A stretch of 64,000 nucleotides of DNA. Source: an uncultured virus (IMG/VR IMGVR_UViG_3300032085_001238) (lineage: Duplodnaviria > Heunggongvirae > Uroviricota > Caudoviricetes). The notes below the pieces were generated by a model that was given only the letters and a program-made list of their open reading frames with translations, did no database searches and was not told the origin of the DNA. The position numbers and the translations under genes are program-made. Location of the stretch: IMG/VR virus record IMGVR_UViG_3300032085_001238; one strand, 5' to 3'. Below, one piece after another: positions 20,176 to 30,289 of this stretch (position 1 is the first letter of the stretch; every line of letters begins with the position of its first letter).

Positions 20176-21758
20176 TATTGATTAATCCCATAAAATTTTG
20201 TACCTAATCTTGGAGCTTTGTCGTGAATAACTTGGTATCCAATTGTTGCAAGAACAAATCTTGGAACTCTTTTACCATTTTCTGTTTCATAGGGTGATGA
20301 TTGGTCTATTGAGTAAGATATTGATTTAATATATCCCATTAATTCTTTATTTTCTTTTCCATATAATTCACCATATCGGAGTTTAGCCAATGGTGGTTTC
20401 ATTCTATTTCCATAACCTACCGCACCTTCATTAATATATTCAGGATAACACATTGATGTTAACCTATCTAATTTTTTATATATATTTCCCAATTCTTCTT
20501 TTGTCTGTGCCATAAGTTTTAAAGTCATTGATATTTCTCTTTCAGCTCTCTCATAAGTCCAAACAGGTTCACTTCTTCCAAGATAATTATGTGGAGCGTA
20601 AGATGGTGAGATGTTTTCTGTCAATCCTTCAATAAATGCTCTAAAAAATATATAAGCATTAGTTCTCATATCTTTAAAATAGAATGGCATTCCATTTTTT
20701 TCTTCTTCTAAAATATCTCTACCAGATTCACCATAAGCGTCTTTCAAAGTTTGTTGAGCCATTGGGTTTTCAGGAAGATTATCTCTGAAAGTTACATTGG
20801 TAAATAAATCACCACCTTCTGATTTTTCTTTTATAGTTACTGATTCACCTGTTAAATTACTTTTTAATTTATTTCCAAATTCTTTTAAAGAATCACCAAA
20901 TCCTCCTCCTGGCACACCACCAGTTGCAGTGGCTATACTTAAACCATCTGTGAATGATTTATTAATATCATAAGGAACATTTCCACCAATTAAATTAGTA
21001 TTTCCGTATTGGTCTCCACCAAATAAAGTACTCAAACCAGGTTCTGTTTTATCAAATAAACTAACAGGAACTCCACCAGCTCTAAATCCAGCTTGTATTA
21101 TAGTTGATAATGGATTGTATAACTCCTTAAACCTTTGACTTGATTGTCTAATTTCACCACCTATATCAAGATATTGAACACTTGAATTTCTTCCAAGAAA
21201 ATTTTGTTTGAGTGCAAAAGCTACACCTGCAGGTGATGTTAAAAATTTACTTAATCTAATAGCATCAGTTAATAATCTATTTATTGGAAAATCTCTACCA
21301 CCAAAATTATTTAATCTTCCATTTATTCCACTATCTGAACTTGAAGGTATTTTACTAACTATATATGGTTCTTTTCCTGCATCTTTTAAAAATTCTGTTG
21401 AATCAAAAGATTGTGTTGGACCATTACCTAAAAATTTACCAACCATACTAATTACTGATGTTCTTGATGAATTTGCAAGTCCAAATCTACCATCTTGAGG
21501 GTTTCTTATATTTAATTTATCTCTACTTGCATTTGGATAATTATAACCAACACCATCAATTGGTGTATGGTTTGGATTATATAATGTTGACCAATTCAAC
21601 CCATCAAGTGGTGATTCTCCTATTAATTCACTTAATGGAGGTCTAGTGAATTTTGTTAACTTTGTATCATTTACACCAGTTATTCTATTTGATGAAAATG
21701 ATTCAATATTATTTTTTAATTCTTCTTGAAATACACTTTTTAGATTTGATAAACTCAC
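20175..21758 (-). CDS. Baseplate / tail-tube initiator-like protein
   Basis: C-terminal YLGRSEPVWTYERAEREIS tube-like domain; synteny. Confidence 0.5.
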   Translation of the reverse strand: MSLSNLKSVFQEELKNNIESFSSNRITGVNDTKLTKFTRPPLSELIGESPLDGLNWSTLYNPNHTPIDGVGYNYPNASRDKLNIRNPQDGRFGLANSSRTSVISMVGKFLGNGPTQSFDSTEFLKDAGKEPYIVSKIPSSSDSGINGRLNNFGGRDFPINRLLTDAIRLSKFLTSPAGVAFALKQNFLGRNSSVQYLDIGGEIRQSSQRFKELYNPLSTIIQAGFRAGGVPVSLFDKTEPGLSTLFGGDQYGNTNLIGGNVPYDINKSFTDGLSIATATGGVPGGGFGDSLKEFGNKLKSNLTGESVTIKEKSEGGDLFTNVTFRDNLPENPMAQQTLKDAYGESGRDILEEEKNGMPFYFKDMRTNAYIFFRAFIEGLTENISPSYAPHNYLGRSEPVWTYERAEREISMTLKLMAQTKEELGNIYKKLDRLTSMCYPEYINEGAVGYGNRMKPPLAKLRYGELYGKENKELMGYIKSISYSIDQSSPYETENGKRVPRFVLATIGYQVIHDKAPRLGTKFYGINQ

Positions 21759-23704
21759 TATAAATCCCCAAGACCTGCTACCATTCTATCAGGTCCTCTT
21801 TTTGTTTCATTTATTAAAGTTTCCATTTTTTCTTCAATATTTCTTAATAGTCCAACCGTTTCTTTATTATTAACACCATTAATAGATAAACTAGCTTCTG
21901 GTCCAGATGCAAAATCATTAACAGCTGTAGTTCCAAATACCGTATCTTTTGGATTTGTCTTTAACATTTTACCCGTTGGTGTAACGACTAAATGAGAGCC
22001 TCCTGAACTTTTGAAATCATTAACATTACCCGTACCATCATCAGGAGTAAGTGCGGCCGTAATTGTACCTGCTGCTGCAGCACCCAAAGGACCACCCGCC
22101 ATAAATCCTAAACCTGTCATTGCAGTTACAAGTAAGTTATTTAAAGAAAATAAATTAGCTAAACCTGTAAAAAATTTAAATATTTTACCAACACCTTTTA
22201 CTATCTTTGTTACAGTATCAGCAAAATTTTCTATAAATGTTTTTACTCTTGCAATATTTTCCTCTGTCATAAACTCTTCGCTAAATGCTTTAACAGCATC
22301 TTCTAAAGGTTGTCCAAATTTTAATAAAAATTGTGCACCTAATTCTTTAACTTGATTCGTAATATTAGTTAATGCTGACATTCCATCCTTACCAGCTAAA
22401 TCTGCAAATGATTTTTGTTGAACGACTGATTTATCTTGAGCAGATATTAATTTTTCCATTTGTTTAACTTCTAATCCAAGTGATTTAGCTAATGATTTCC
22501 TTTGTAATACATTTAATTTATTAAATTCAGCTTGTCCTCCAAGTTGTTTTGTGACATTCTCCATCATACCATTTAAATCACCACTTAACGCTAATTCTCT
22601 AGCTTTTTGGAAATTTAAATCTTTACCAATCATTACCGATGCTTCAATTTCACTTGTTAATGATGTTTGGAAGTCTAATAAACTGTCTGCTATACTATCA
22701 ACTGTTGATAAATTTAATCCAAGTTGTCTAGCTTTTATTGCGGCTTTTGTAATACTTTCAAGATTATCTGCTCCAAATTTAGCAATTGTTTCGGCACTTT
22801 CGGCTATATCTTTCATTACCGCATTTGGATTAACATTGTTTTGTCTAGCTAATTGATATGTGGATTCTGCTAAATGTTCGGCTTGGTCAGCAGTTAAATT
22901 ACCAATAGTCATTAATGTACCGAATAATTTTGCACTCTCATCTGTTGATAACCCTAATGCCACAGCAGTATCTAAAATTTGGTCAGGAAGTCTTGAAGCT
23001 GAATCTAATGTAATACCAAAATCTTTTGATAAAGTATCTACCAATGTTACCACATCAGATGTTCCTTTTCCAAGTGAAATCACATCAATAGAGGCTTGCT
23101 GCATATTTTTTTGAAATTCACCACCTGAAGTTCCCATTACACCAAATTGTTTACCTAATGCATCAGTTATTGCAGATGCAAATTTTAAAGCTTTAACAAG
23201 TAAACCAGTTATTAAAAGAACACCACCCGCAACAGGTCCTACTTTTTTCATATGTTTTAAAAAACCACCAGCCTTTGATGCCATACCACCAGTTAACTTG
23301 TCACCAACCTCTGTAGCCAGATTTACTTTATTTTGAACTTTTTCTGCTGCATCTCTTGTTTTTAATAACTTAAGCTGGTTTTCAATTGAATTTCGTTCAC
23401 CAACTGACTTAGCTTTAAGTAATTTTTTCTCCAACGATGCTTGCATTCTTTTAGATTTAGCCACATCTATGTTACCATCTAATATCTCTTTACCTAAATC
23501 AGCAACAGCACCCAATTGTTTACCATTCATTTTATTGGCTTTTCTACTATCGTGAAGACCTTGCAGTGTTTCTGCAACATTGTTTGTCATCTTTTTTGTA
23601 AAACCATCAGAATCTTTTAATCCTTGATTAAAACGGTCTATATTAAGATTCATCTCTTCAATAATATTACGAGCTTCTTTTAATGTCTCTGTACCTTTGG
23701 CCAT
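21758..23704 (-). CDS. Tape measure protein
   Basis: Ala/Gly-rich helical protein with C-terminal hydrophobic segments, between chaperone-like and baseplate genes. Confidence 0.75.
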   Translation of the reverse strand: MAKGTETLKEARNIIEEMNLNIDRFNQGLKDSDGFTKKMTNNVAETLQGLHDSRKANKMNGKQLGAVADLGKEILDGNIDVAKSKRMQASLEKKLLKAKSVGERNSIENQLKLLKTRDAAEKVQNKVNLATEVGDKLTGGMASKAGGFLKHMKKVGPVAGGVLLITGLLVKALKFASAITDALGKQFGVMGTSGGEFQKNMQQASIDVISLGKGTSDVVTLVDTLSKDFGITLDSASRLPDQILDTAVALGLSTDESAKLFGTLMTIGNLTADQAEHLAESTYQLARQNNVNPNAVMKDIAESAETIAKFGADNLESITKAAIKARQLGLNLSTVDSIADSLLDFQTSLTSEIEASVMIGKDLNFQKARELALSGDLNGMMENVTKQLGGQAEFNKLNVLQRKSLAKSLGLEVKQMEKLISAQDKSVVQQKSFADLAGKDGMSALTNITNQVKELGAQFLLKFGQPLEDAVKAFSEEFMTEENIARVKTFIENFADTVTKIVKGVGKIFKFFTGLANLFSLNNLLVTAMTGLGFMAGGPLGAAAAGTITAALTPDDGTGNVNDFKSSGGSHLVVTPTGKMLKTNPKDTVFGTTAVNDFASGPEASLSINGVNNKETVGLLRNIEEKMETLINETKRGPDRMVAGLGDL

Positions 23705-23705
23705 T

Positions 23706-23954
23706 TTATATAAAATCCTTTATTGTAAATTTAGATAATTTAATTGGTTTTTTACCTAAAGATTGTAAATCTTTATTGATTCTATCTTCTGTATCTTGTG
23801 TGAGTTTATTTAAGTTACTTAAATCTTTGGTAAGAACTTTGTCTTTTTTTAATTTATTAACAATATTTTTATCTTTAATAAGTTTTAATAATTTTGAAAA
23901 AAATCCCTCTGCGATGAGATTTGATTGATTCATATATGATTTTTTCTTTGACAC
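23706..23954 (-). CDS. Hypothetical basic protein
   Basis: GTG start, GGAGAG RBS, preceded by the late motif. Confidence 0.6.
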   Translation of the reverse strand: MSKKKSYMNQSNLIAEGFFSKLLKLIKDKNIVNKLKKDKVLTKDLSNLNKLTQDTEDRINKDLQSLGKKPIKLSKFTIKDFI

Positions 23955-23980
23955 AATACTCTCCTATTTAGGTGTATCTA

Positions 23981-23996
23981 TTCATATATAAATATC
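23981..23996 (-). promoter_or_regulatory. Conserved late-promoter-like motif (ATATTTATATATGAA, sense)
   Basis: Repeated upstream of about 10 structural transcription units. Confidence 0.7.
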
Positions 23997-24010
23997 AAAT
24001 ATGTAGAAAA

Positions 24011-24250
24011 TTACCTTTTAAATCTTGGATTCATTGGTGGTTTTGAAGATTTTGCTTTCTGATTAGCCTTTTCTATTTGTTTGTTTTCTTCTGTGCGAGT
24101 ATCAACTAATTGTTTATAATAGAAGTTTCTTAAATATATAGGCATGTTGTATACATCGGAATGTACAAAACCTTTTCCGTAATACATTAATTGAAATATT
24201 TGTTCGTGAAGTTTGGGTTTGTCTTTAGGACTCAGGCCAAAAAAACCCAA
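24011..24250 (-). CDS. Tail/baseplate assembly protein, probably the frameshift extension of the upstream gene
   Basis: Overlaps the upstream gene at a GGG-T7 run; TTG start without a clear SD. Confidence 0.6.
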   Translation of the reverse strand: MGFFGLSPKDKPKLHEQIFQLMYYGKGFVHSDVYNMPIYLRNFYYKQLVDTRTEENKQIEKANQKAKSSKPPMNPRFKR

Positions 24251-24968
24251 CCGTCATCGGTATATCTACCTTGACGGACTCACCTCCTATCTCTATCTCT
24301 TGTGATAATTCAATGTCTGGTGCTACTTTTGAAATTTCTTTTCTTAAATGCATTGAATCTCTTGCGAGTAGATTTTGAACAAAGTTGTTTATGGTAGATT
24401 GAGATTCATCACCATCAACTGATGTAATGGTATGTCGTAATCTCGTGGTTAATTCAGGTGAAACATCTGAACCTGTTTTTTTAGAGGCTTGTAATTCTTC
24501 ATCTATTACTTTTTCTTCTGCTCCCGTTAACAATTTAAAAGTAACTTTTTTCTTTGATATTGGTAAGGTAACTTCAAAGTTATTTTCTGAGACACCTTCT
24601 GGTAATTTTTTAAATGGACAATCAGCTAAATTGAATGTATGAGTTAAAACTTCACCTGATTTAGGATTAGTAACTTCACAAGGATACTCAGGCCCATATG
24701 CTAATATTCTAGCTGCAACCATTACAGCATTTTTGTCACCTAATATCATATCACCTTGTTTTACGCCAGGCGTTAATATTAAAGAATCTATTAACCTATC
24801 AATCACAACACCCTTTTTAATAAGATTCTGTGAAGTAAGAATATCTTCTTCTTTAGCTGTCATATATTTAATTTCTACTTTTCCATCAGAACAAGGGTGT
24901 TCTTTTGGATATAACTTACCCTCACTAGGTAAATCAATTACTTCACTTGGGAACTTGTTTTCTGCCAT
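24225..24968 (-). CDS. Baseplate hub / tail assembly chaperone (gp26-like)
   Basis: LPSEGKLY, MTAKEEDIL, ends FFWPES. Confidence 0.75.
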   Translation of the reverse strand: MAENKFPSEVIDLPSEGKLYPKEHPCSDGKVEIKYMTAKEEDILTSQNLIKKGVVIDRLIDSLILTPGVKQGDMILGDKNAVMVAARILAYGPEYPCEVTNPKSGEVLTHTFNLADCPFKKLPEGVSENNFEVTLPISKKKVTFKLLTGAEEKVIDEELQASKKTGSDVSPELTTRLRHTITSVDGDESQSTINNFVQNLLARDSMHLRKEISKVAPDIELSQEIEIGGESVKVDIPMTVGFFWPES

Positions 24969-24980
24969 TATAACCTCCGA

Positions 24981-25160
24981 TTATTTTGATTCAGAAACAG
25001 ATGCTTGTCTGTAACTTGTAACTAATTTTTTTATTTCACCGATAGCTTTTCTTGCTCTACCACCAGCTGCTTTTGTACCCTTATCTGAAAATACTGAATG
25101 ATTTTCTTCAAATTGTTCAAATAATTCTTTTATATCATTGTATAATTTATCTGTTGACAT
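24981..25160 (-). CDS. Histone H1-like (Hc1-type) small protein, 59 aa
   Basis: Missed by track; GGAGAC RBS; KGTKAAGGRARKAIGEIKKLVTSYRQAS. Confidence 0.75.
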   Translation of the reverse strand: MSTDKLYNDIKELFEQFEENHSVFSDKGTKAAGGRARKAIGEIKKLVTSYRQASVSESK

Positions 25161-25181
25161 TTTTGTCTCCTATAACTTTGG

Positions 25182-25673
25182 TTAAACTTCTATTGCTCGT
25201 CTAAACCAACCTAACCAGAATTTCTCTTGATTTGGTTTGTCTATAACTATGTTAGCAAATCGTAACACACGATATGCTCTTACTACATCTACACCTATTT
25301 TTTGTACAGCATTTAATGTAGCTGGTCCTAAACCACCATCTACTTCAATTTTGTTTCTATTCTTAGAATTAGCAGCCTGTTGTAATACCTTAACAGCTCC
25401 TCTTCTTCCAAAATTAACACACATATCAAAATAAATATGTCTTAATTGTGAGGGAATATCATCACACTTACCTCGTCTCCAATAATCTGTATGATATATT
25501 TTTTTAGCTTGTTCTTTTGTGAGATTTTTAATGTCCACATCAGGATACCATCTTTTAGCGATTCCATATTTGGTTTCACCACCAGCATCATCAGGGTCGT
25601 TTACATATCCACCTTCGTGGTCTAAAACTATATCTATTATTTCTTCAAATGTTGTTTTCATTTTCATCTCCAT
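25182..25673 (-). CDS. Glycoside hydrolase family 108 lysozyme with peptidoglycan-binding domain
   Basis: HEGGYVNDPDDAGGETKYGI; VDGGLGPATL; GWFRR. Confidence 0.92.
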   Translation of the reverse strand: MEMKMKTTFEEIIDIVLDHEGGYVNDPDDAGGETKYGIAKRWYPDVDIKNLTKEQAKKIYHTDYWRRGKCDDIPSQLRHIYFDMCVNFGRRGAVKVLQQAANSKNRNKIEVDGGLGPATLNAVQKIGVDVVRAYRVLRFANIVIDKPNQEKFWLGWFRRAIEV

Positions 25674-25692
25674 ATATAAATATATATAAAAT

Positions 25693-25726
25693 AAAAAAAC
25701 CCTTGATTTTTATTTCAAGGGCTTTT
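25693..25726 (-). terminator. Intrinsic terminator after the tail tube gene
   Basis: CCCTTGA/TCAAGGG stem plus U-tract. Confidence 0.75.
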
Positions 25727-25749
25727 CCATATATTAGTTTAAGTATTTA

Positions 25750-26238
25750 TTAGAATTTAAGTATTGCGTAATCATATCGTAATGTTAATGATATTTCAAC
25801 AGGGTCTGATGAGTCAAATGCTAAATCACCAAAATTAGCTGATTGGATATACGCACCTTTTAATTCCCATTCTTCAACCACAGCTCCAACTGGGTCTAAA
25901 AGGTTAAATGTAATATCTTTTTTGTAAAAATCAGCGTATCCATCTCTACCAGTAACTGATTCGTGGTGTAATCTAACCCACTCAATCACTTGCTGTGCAG
26001 CTGATGGAACAACCGGGTCGTATAACATAATTTCTAAAGGTTGCCATCTTGACTTACCTTTAACATATCTTGTTACATTCATATGTTCTAATACAACTTC
26101 GTCTGATTCAATTGATGGCCTGTTCATTGACTTAATTAAATAAGCATTGATACCATCTATTTGCATTATAAATCTGTTTTTGAGCTTTGGCTCAAAGGGG
26201 GTAAACATTATATCTTGTGGTTCTAATAATTCAGCCAT
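25750..26238 (-). CDS. Tail tube protein (gp19-like)
   Basis: FEPKLKNRF, YKKDITF, WELKGAY, LTLRYD; directly after sheath. Confidence 0.9.
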   Translation of the reverse strand: MAELLEPQDIMFTPFEPKLKNRFIMQIDGINAYLIKSMNRPSIESDEVVLEHMNVTRYVKGKSRWQPLEIMLYDPVVPSAAQQVIEWVRLHHESVTGRDGYADFYKKDITFNLLDPVGAVVEEWELKGAYIQSANFGDLAFDSSDPVEISLTLRYDYAILKF

Positions 26239-26296
26239 TTAAATTCTCCTATTAAGTACTTAAACCTTTAATTCATATATAAATATCAGTAATTAT

Positions 26297-26332
26297 AAAA
26301 AAAAGGGACTTATATTTAAATAAATCCCTTTT
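26297..26332 (-). terminator. Intrinsic terminator after the sheath gene
   Basis: AAAAGGGA/TCCCTTTT stem plus U-tract. Confidence 0.7.
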
Positions 26333-26355
26333 CTTTAGTTTATTTTAACTAACCA

Positions 26356-28611
26356 TTACTCTGGAAAAGAAGCACCAGTTGGTTGTATTGTAAAGTCTAA
26401 TACAATAAACTCAGCAGTTCTTGTAGGTTGTAAGAATAATTGTCCGACTAATTGATTTCTATCAATTGTATCAGGTGTATTATTCGTTTCATCCATCACT
26501 ACTCTGAATGCACTCAATCCACTTTGTGATTGAACTTGTTCTAAGAATGGATTAACAATTCCTAAGAATCTTCTTCGTGTTGCCGATGTATTTTGTTCAA
26601 ATACAAGGAATCTTGAAGAAGAAGCTATGAACTTCTTAACTCTGATTAATAATCGTCTTACATTGATTCTATCCAACGCACTTGCTTTTTTCTGTAATGT
26701 TTTTTGTCCAAACACCGTTACCCCTTGTCCAGGGAATGTTGCGATTGGATTAATATTACTATCATATAAATCATCACGATTACCTTGAGTTAGTTTTCTC
26801 TCAGCTTGAATAGCAGTTGTAATTCCACCACGATTCAATCCAGCAGGAGCGAACCACGGGTGTGCAACTCTATCATTGAATGCGTAAACACCACCTAATA
26901 CTACTGATGGTGGCACCCATCTTTGAGTTCCAGCAACTTGTGAATCAGGTACTTTAACCCATGGCCAATACATAGCTGCGAAGTTTGAATCTCTAGCTTC
27001 ACCTCTTGTAGTAGCTGCTGTTAATGTTGAAGCATAAGGAACCGGGTCAATAATTGCAAAACAATCACCTCTTGATTCACATACATCAATAGCTTTAGCC
27101 GTAATAGAAGAATGTAAAGAGTCTATAATACCTGGCATTAAGATTAAATTAATATCAAATTCATCTTGGTTTGCAAGTAAGTCAAGAGCTTCTTCATATG
27201 CATTTTTACCATCATCTGCTACAGTTGGGTCAAATCCTTGTGAATTTTGTGCTACGATGTTTTCATAAAATACTGCTCTAGGAGCCCGAGTAGAATCACC
27301 ATTAAAATGTCCTAAAGCGTTAAATCCACTATGTCCATCTGAAGCACCAGTGAATCCACCATTTAGTGAACCACTACCAACTTGAGGTAATGATTGAGAT
27401 ATATGACCACCATTTACAGGTATGTCACTTACATTCCCATTCTCATCTAAATAATCAATTGTAGGTGTACTAACACTTTTAACTCTTACAAATCTTGAAG
27501 CGTTTGCAAATGAACCAGTTAATTGTAAGTATTTTGTACTTCCCTCTGTTTTAACTTGTTGTTTTTGGTCTCCAATAACTTTTGAAATAAAGTTAGGTGA
27601 ATTAGGGTCTAATGTTATATTATTAAATGATTCAAGTATTTGTTTTCTTTTAACATTATCATTACCAGCCCTAATTGTTAAATTAAAAGTACCTTTTTTA
27701 TCATTTTTAGAAACAACTTCATATCTAACATTATGTTTTGAACCACTAACTAAAACATTATTTACTCTAGCAGTTGCATTACCATTATTCATTATTGTAC
27801 CATCAGCTAATGTTTCTAATGTGAAACAAGTTGTAGTAGTTCCAGCAGAAACAGTACCACCAGTAATGTTAAATGAACCACCTTTACCTGCTACACCACC
27901 ACCAACTCCAGAACCTGCCGGAGCAGTTGTAAATGAACTTGGAGCACCAGCAGAAGCTGTTAGGAATGTAGTATTATTTGCAGCTGTTCCTGCTAATGAA
28001 GCCGTAAGTGCTAATTGCCCATTTGATTGTGAAACTGCTGTCACATTTAATCCTGAAACAGCGTTAATCTCAGTTACAAGATTGGTTATATGTGCTCCTC
28101 TCGTAGCACCATTGACAAAGAATCTGATTGAATCATCAGATGAATCTCCACCACCATCACCAGAAGCTATGAATTTAAATTCACTACTTCCTTGTGTTAT
28201 TTTATAAACTTCTCCAATACCTGTTTTAAATGTAGTTGCAGATACAGAACCAGTAGCTTTATTGACACCAGATGTTACGCTTGAATTTGTAGTAACAACA
28301 TCAGCGGTAGCTGGTCCAAAACCTTGTGAACCATCTGCCATTATTCTAACAACAGTTAGTGTGTCTGAATTTTTTAAATATTCTTCAGCTGCATGTGAGG
28401 TTAAGAATTGGACTGAATCCGAACCCGTTCTAAACGTATCTCCAAATTTCGCTTGGAAATCAGAAAATGATGTTACAACGGTTGGGATTCCTGCAGGACC
28501 TTTAAGTGTTGGTCCAATGAGTGCAGCTCCAATATCAGCCACAGCGGAAGGTAAAAACGTCTGGTCTATTTCATTTGTAAATACACCAGGTGAAATTATT
28601 TTTTCGGCCAT
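26356..28611 (-). CDS. Tail sheath protein (gp18-like)
   Basis: SPGVFTNEID, WFAPAGLNRG, GQKTLQ, DRINVRRL. Confidence 0.96.
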   Translation of the reverse strand: MAEKIISPGVFTNEIDQTFLPSAVADIGAALIGPTLKGPAGIPTVVTSFSDFQAKFGDTFRTGSDSVQFLTSHAAEEYLKNSDTLTVVRIMADGSQGFGPATADVVTTNSSVTSGVNKATGSVSATTFKTGIGEVYKITQGSSEFKFIASGDGGGDSSDDSIRFFVNGATRGAHITNLVTEINAVSGLNVTAVSQSNGQLALTASLAGTAANNTTFLTASAGAPSSFTTAPAGSGVGGGVAGKGGSFNITGGTVSAGTTTTCFTLETLADGTIMNNGNATARVNNVLVSGSKHNVRYEVVSKNDKKGTFNLTIRAGNDNVKRKQILESFNNITLDPNSPNFISKVIGDQKQQVKTEGSTKYLQLTGSFANASRFVRVKSVSTPTIDYLDENGNVSDIPVNGGHISQSLPQVGSGSLNGGFTGASDGHSGFNALGHFNGDSTRAPRAVFYENIVAQNSQGFDPTVADDGKNAYEEALDLLANQDEFDINLILMPGIIDSLHSSITAKAIDVCESRGDCFAIIDPVPYASTLTAATTRGEARDSNFAAMYWPWVKVPDSQVAGTQRWVPPSVVLGGVYAFNDRVAHPWFAPAGLNRGGITTAIQAERKLTQGNRDDLYDSNINPIATFPGQGVTVFGQKTLQKKASALDRINVRRLLIRVKKFIASSSRFLVFEQNTSATRRRFLGIVNPFLEQVQSQSGLSAFRVVMDETNNTPDTIDRNQLVGQLFLQPTRTAEFIVLDFTIQPTGASFPE

Positions 28612-28724
28612 TGAATTTCTCCTAAGTTAACTTTTTAATTTTTGAGGTATATACTATTTTTGCGCATTAGTATTATTCATATATAAATATATGATTAAAC
28701 TCTCAAACGATAATTTTTTTTTTA

Positions 28725-28985
28725 TTATTCAGATTTATTTGGTGTGAATACACCTGTTTCTGGATTTAAAGAACCTTGTCCATACTTATTAGTAATTCCA
28801 TCAAGAAATTTCTTTTCATCATCTTGAATTGATTTCAAAGATTCTTCTAATTCAACTTCTTGTTCGTCTAATCTGATTTGAGCTAATTTTAATTGTCCGA
28901 ATTGATTTTGAACATTTGCATAACTTTGTTGTATATCTTGAACTTGTTTAAGTTCTTCTTCTGTGAATTTTACTTCTTCTGGCAT
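28725..28985 (-). CDS. Small coiled-coil phage protein
   Basis: KYGQGSLNPETG; GGAGG RBS; own late motif. Confidence 0.7.
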   Translation of the reverse strand: MPEEVKFTEEELKQVQDIQQSYANVQNQFGQLKLAQIRLDEQEVELEESLKSIQDDEKKFLDGITNKYGQGSLNPETGVFTPNKSE

Positions 28986-29043
28986 TTATAACCTCCATTA
29001 ATGTTTCATATATAAATATATATAAATTTTCAAAACAAGTGAT

Positions 29044-29907
29044 TTATTTTCCTACTTGTTCGTCTGTAGCATCACCCTCAAACCCAAACACAACTCTTGA
29101 TGGTGTAAGTGCTTTTGAAGTTTCATTAGTTGTTCCAAATATATTACTTGTAAATTCAGGTATTACATATGCTTTTATTGATAAACCAAATTCAGTTTTT
29201 ATTAATCGTTCACCATCTTGATTCATTTCAGATGCATCACTTATACTACCATCCAATGAAGATAAAAATTTATATTGTTCTGAATCACCAAAGTATGTTC
29301 CAATATGTTCAAGAAATAAATCACTTAATATATTCATTTGTTCAATATAATTAGTCATCATTACTACTGAATAATTACAAACTACGTGGTCTGGCATTCC
29401 AGTATAAATAACTTCTTGTACGGGTTTAAGTCCTCTTTGAACTGAAAATCTATCATATTGATTATCTTTTGACCAGGCATTACTTCTAGCTACTTTTATA
29501 AATTCACCTTTTACATCGTGGTCGAAAGACATAGGCATATTATCATCAAAAGAAACATCAGTTCTTCTAAACATAATTAATGGTAATATTAATGAGCCAT
29601 TTTTATCTCTTAACACACCCCTTTTTCTAAAATTTTTCCATCTTTCCTCATTACCATAATAAACAGGAACTTTAATTATTTCGTTAGCTTCTTTTATTTT
29701 TGGTTTCATTACATTTTTCATATGAGTCATTACAGATGTATCAATATCTTTTAATGTTACAGCAAAATTATTATTAAAATCTTTTCCTGGAGTTAATGTC
29801 TGTTTTGCATTACCACGAACTCTATTAGTTTTTGTAGACACTTGTGTGGCTCTATTAACTGACTCCCTATTAAGTGTTTGTTTATTTGTTATTTTATTAA
29901 CGGCCAT
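29044..29907 (-). CDS. Tail terminator / sheath stabiliser (gp15-like)
   Basis: VPVYYGNEERW, LILPLI; between neck and sheath genes. Confidence 0.7.
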   Translation of the reverse strand: MAVNKITNKQTLNRESVNRATQVSTKTNRVRGNAKQTLTPGKDFNNNFAVTLKDIDTSVMTHMKNVMKPKIKEANEIIKVPVYYGNEERWKNFRKRGVLRDKNGSLILPLIMFRRTDVSFDDNMPMSFDHDVKGEFIKVARSNAWSKDNQYDRFSVQRGLKPVQEVIYTGMPDHVVCNYSVVMMTNYIEQMNILSDLFLEHIGTYFGDSEQYKFLSSLDGSISDASEMNQDGERLIKTEFGLSIKAYVIPEFTSNIFGTTNETSKALTPSRVVFGFEGDATDEQVGK

Positions 29908-30280
29908 TTCGTCTTCTCAGTTTTTTAAGTTTATCTAATTTGTTATTAACTTTACCCTTTACTTCTTCTGATTTAATACTACTCATATCAGCTTTACCAA
30001 TTGCAATTTCTTTTTTAATATCTACTTCAATAGCTTTTACACCTGTTTGACTCGGTGAATCAAAGTTATCCAACTTATTCATCAACTTACCCATCATTTG
30101 TTCCATTTGTAGATTACCATTTGGTTCGGGTATGTAAGTGTGTTTTCTTTCACCATACATATCTTCATCCTCTTGCACATTACCACTCACCTCTTGTTTT
30201 GGTTTAGGTTTTTCTACAAAGTTAGGATTTGAAGTATCATACTTAGTAATCTTTTTTCCTGTTATTTGTTGAACAGCCAT
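29897..30280 (-). CDS. Hypothetical protein
   Basis: C-terminus similar to that of 40994..41305. Confidence 0.7.
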   Translation of the reverse strand: MAVQQITGKKITKYDTSNPNFVEKPKPKQEVSGNVQEDEDMYGERKHTYIPEPNGNLQMEQMMGKLMNKLDNFDSPSQTGVKAIEVDIKKEIAIGKADMSSIKSEEVKGKVNNKLDKLKKLRRRNGR

Positions 30281-30289
30281 TGGTTATCC

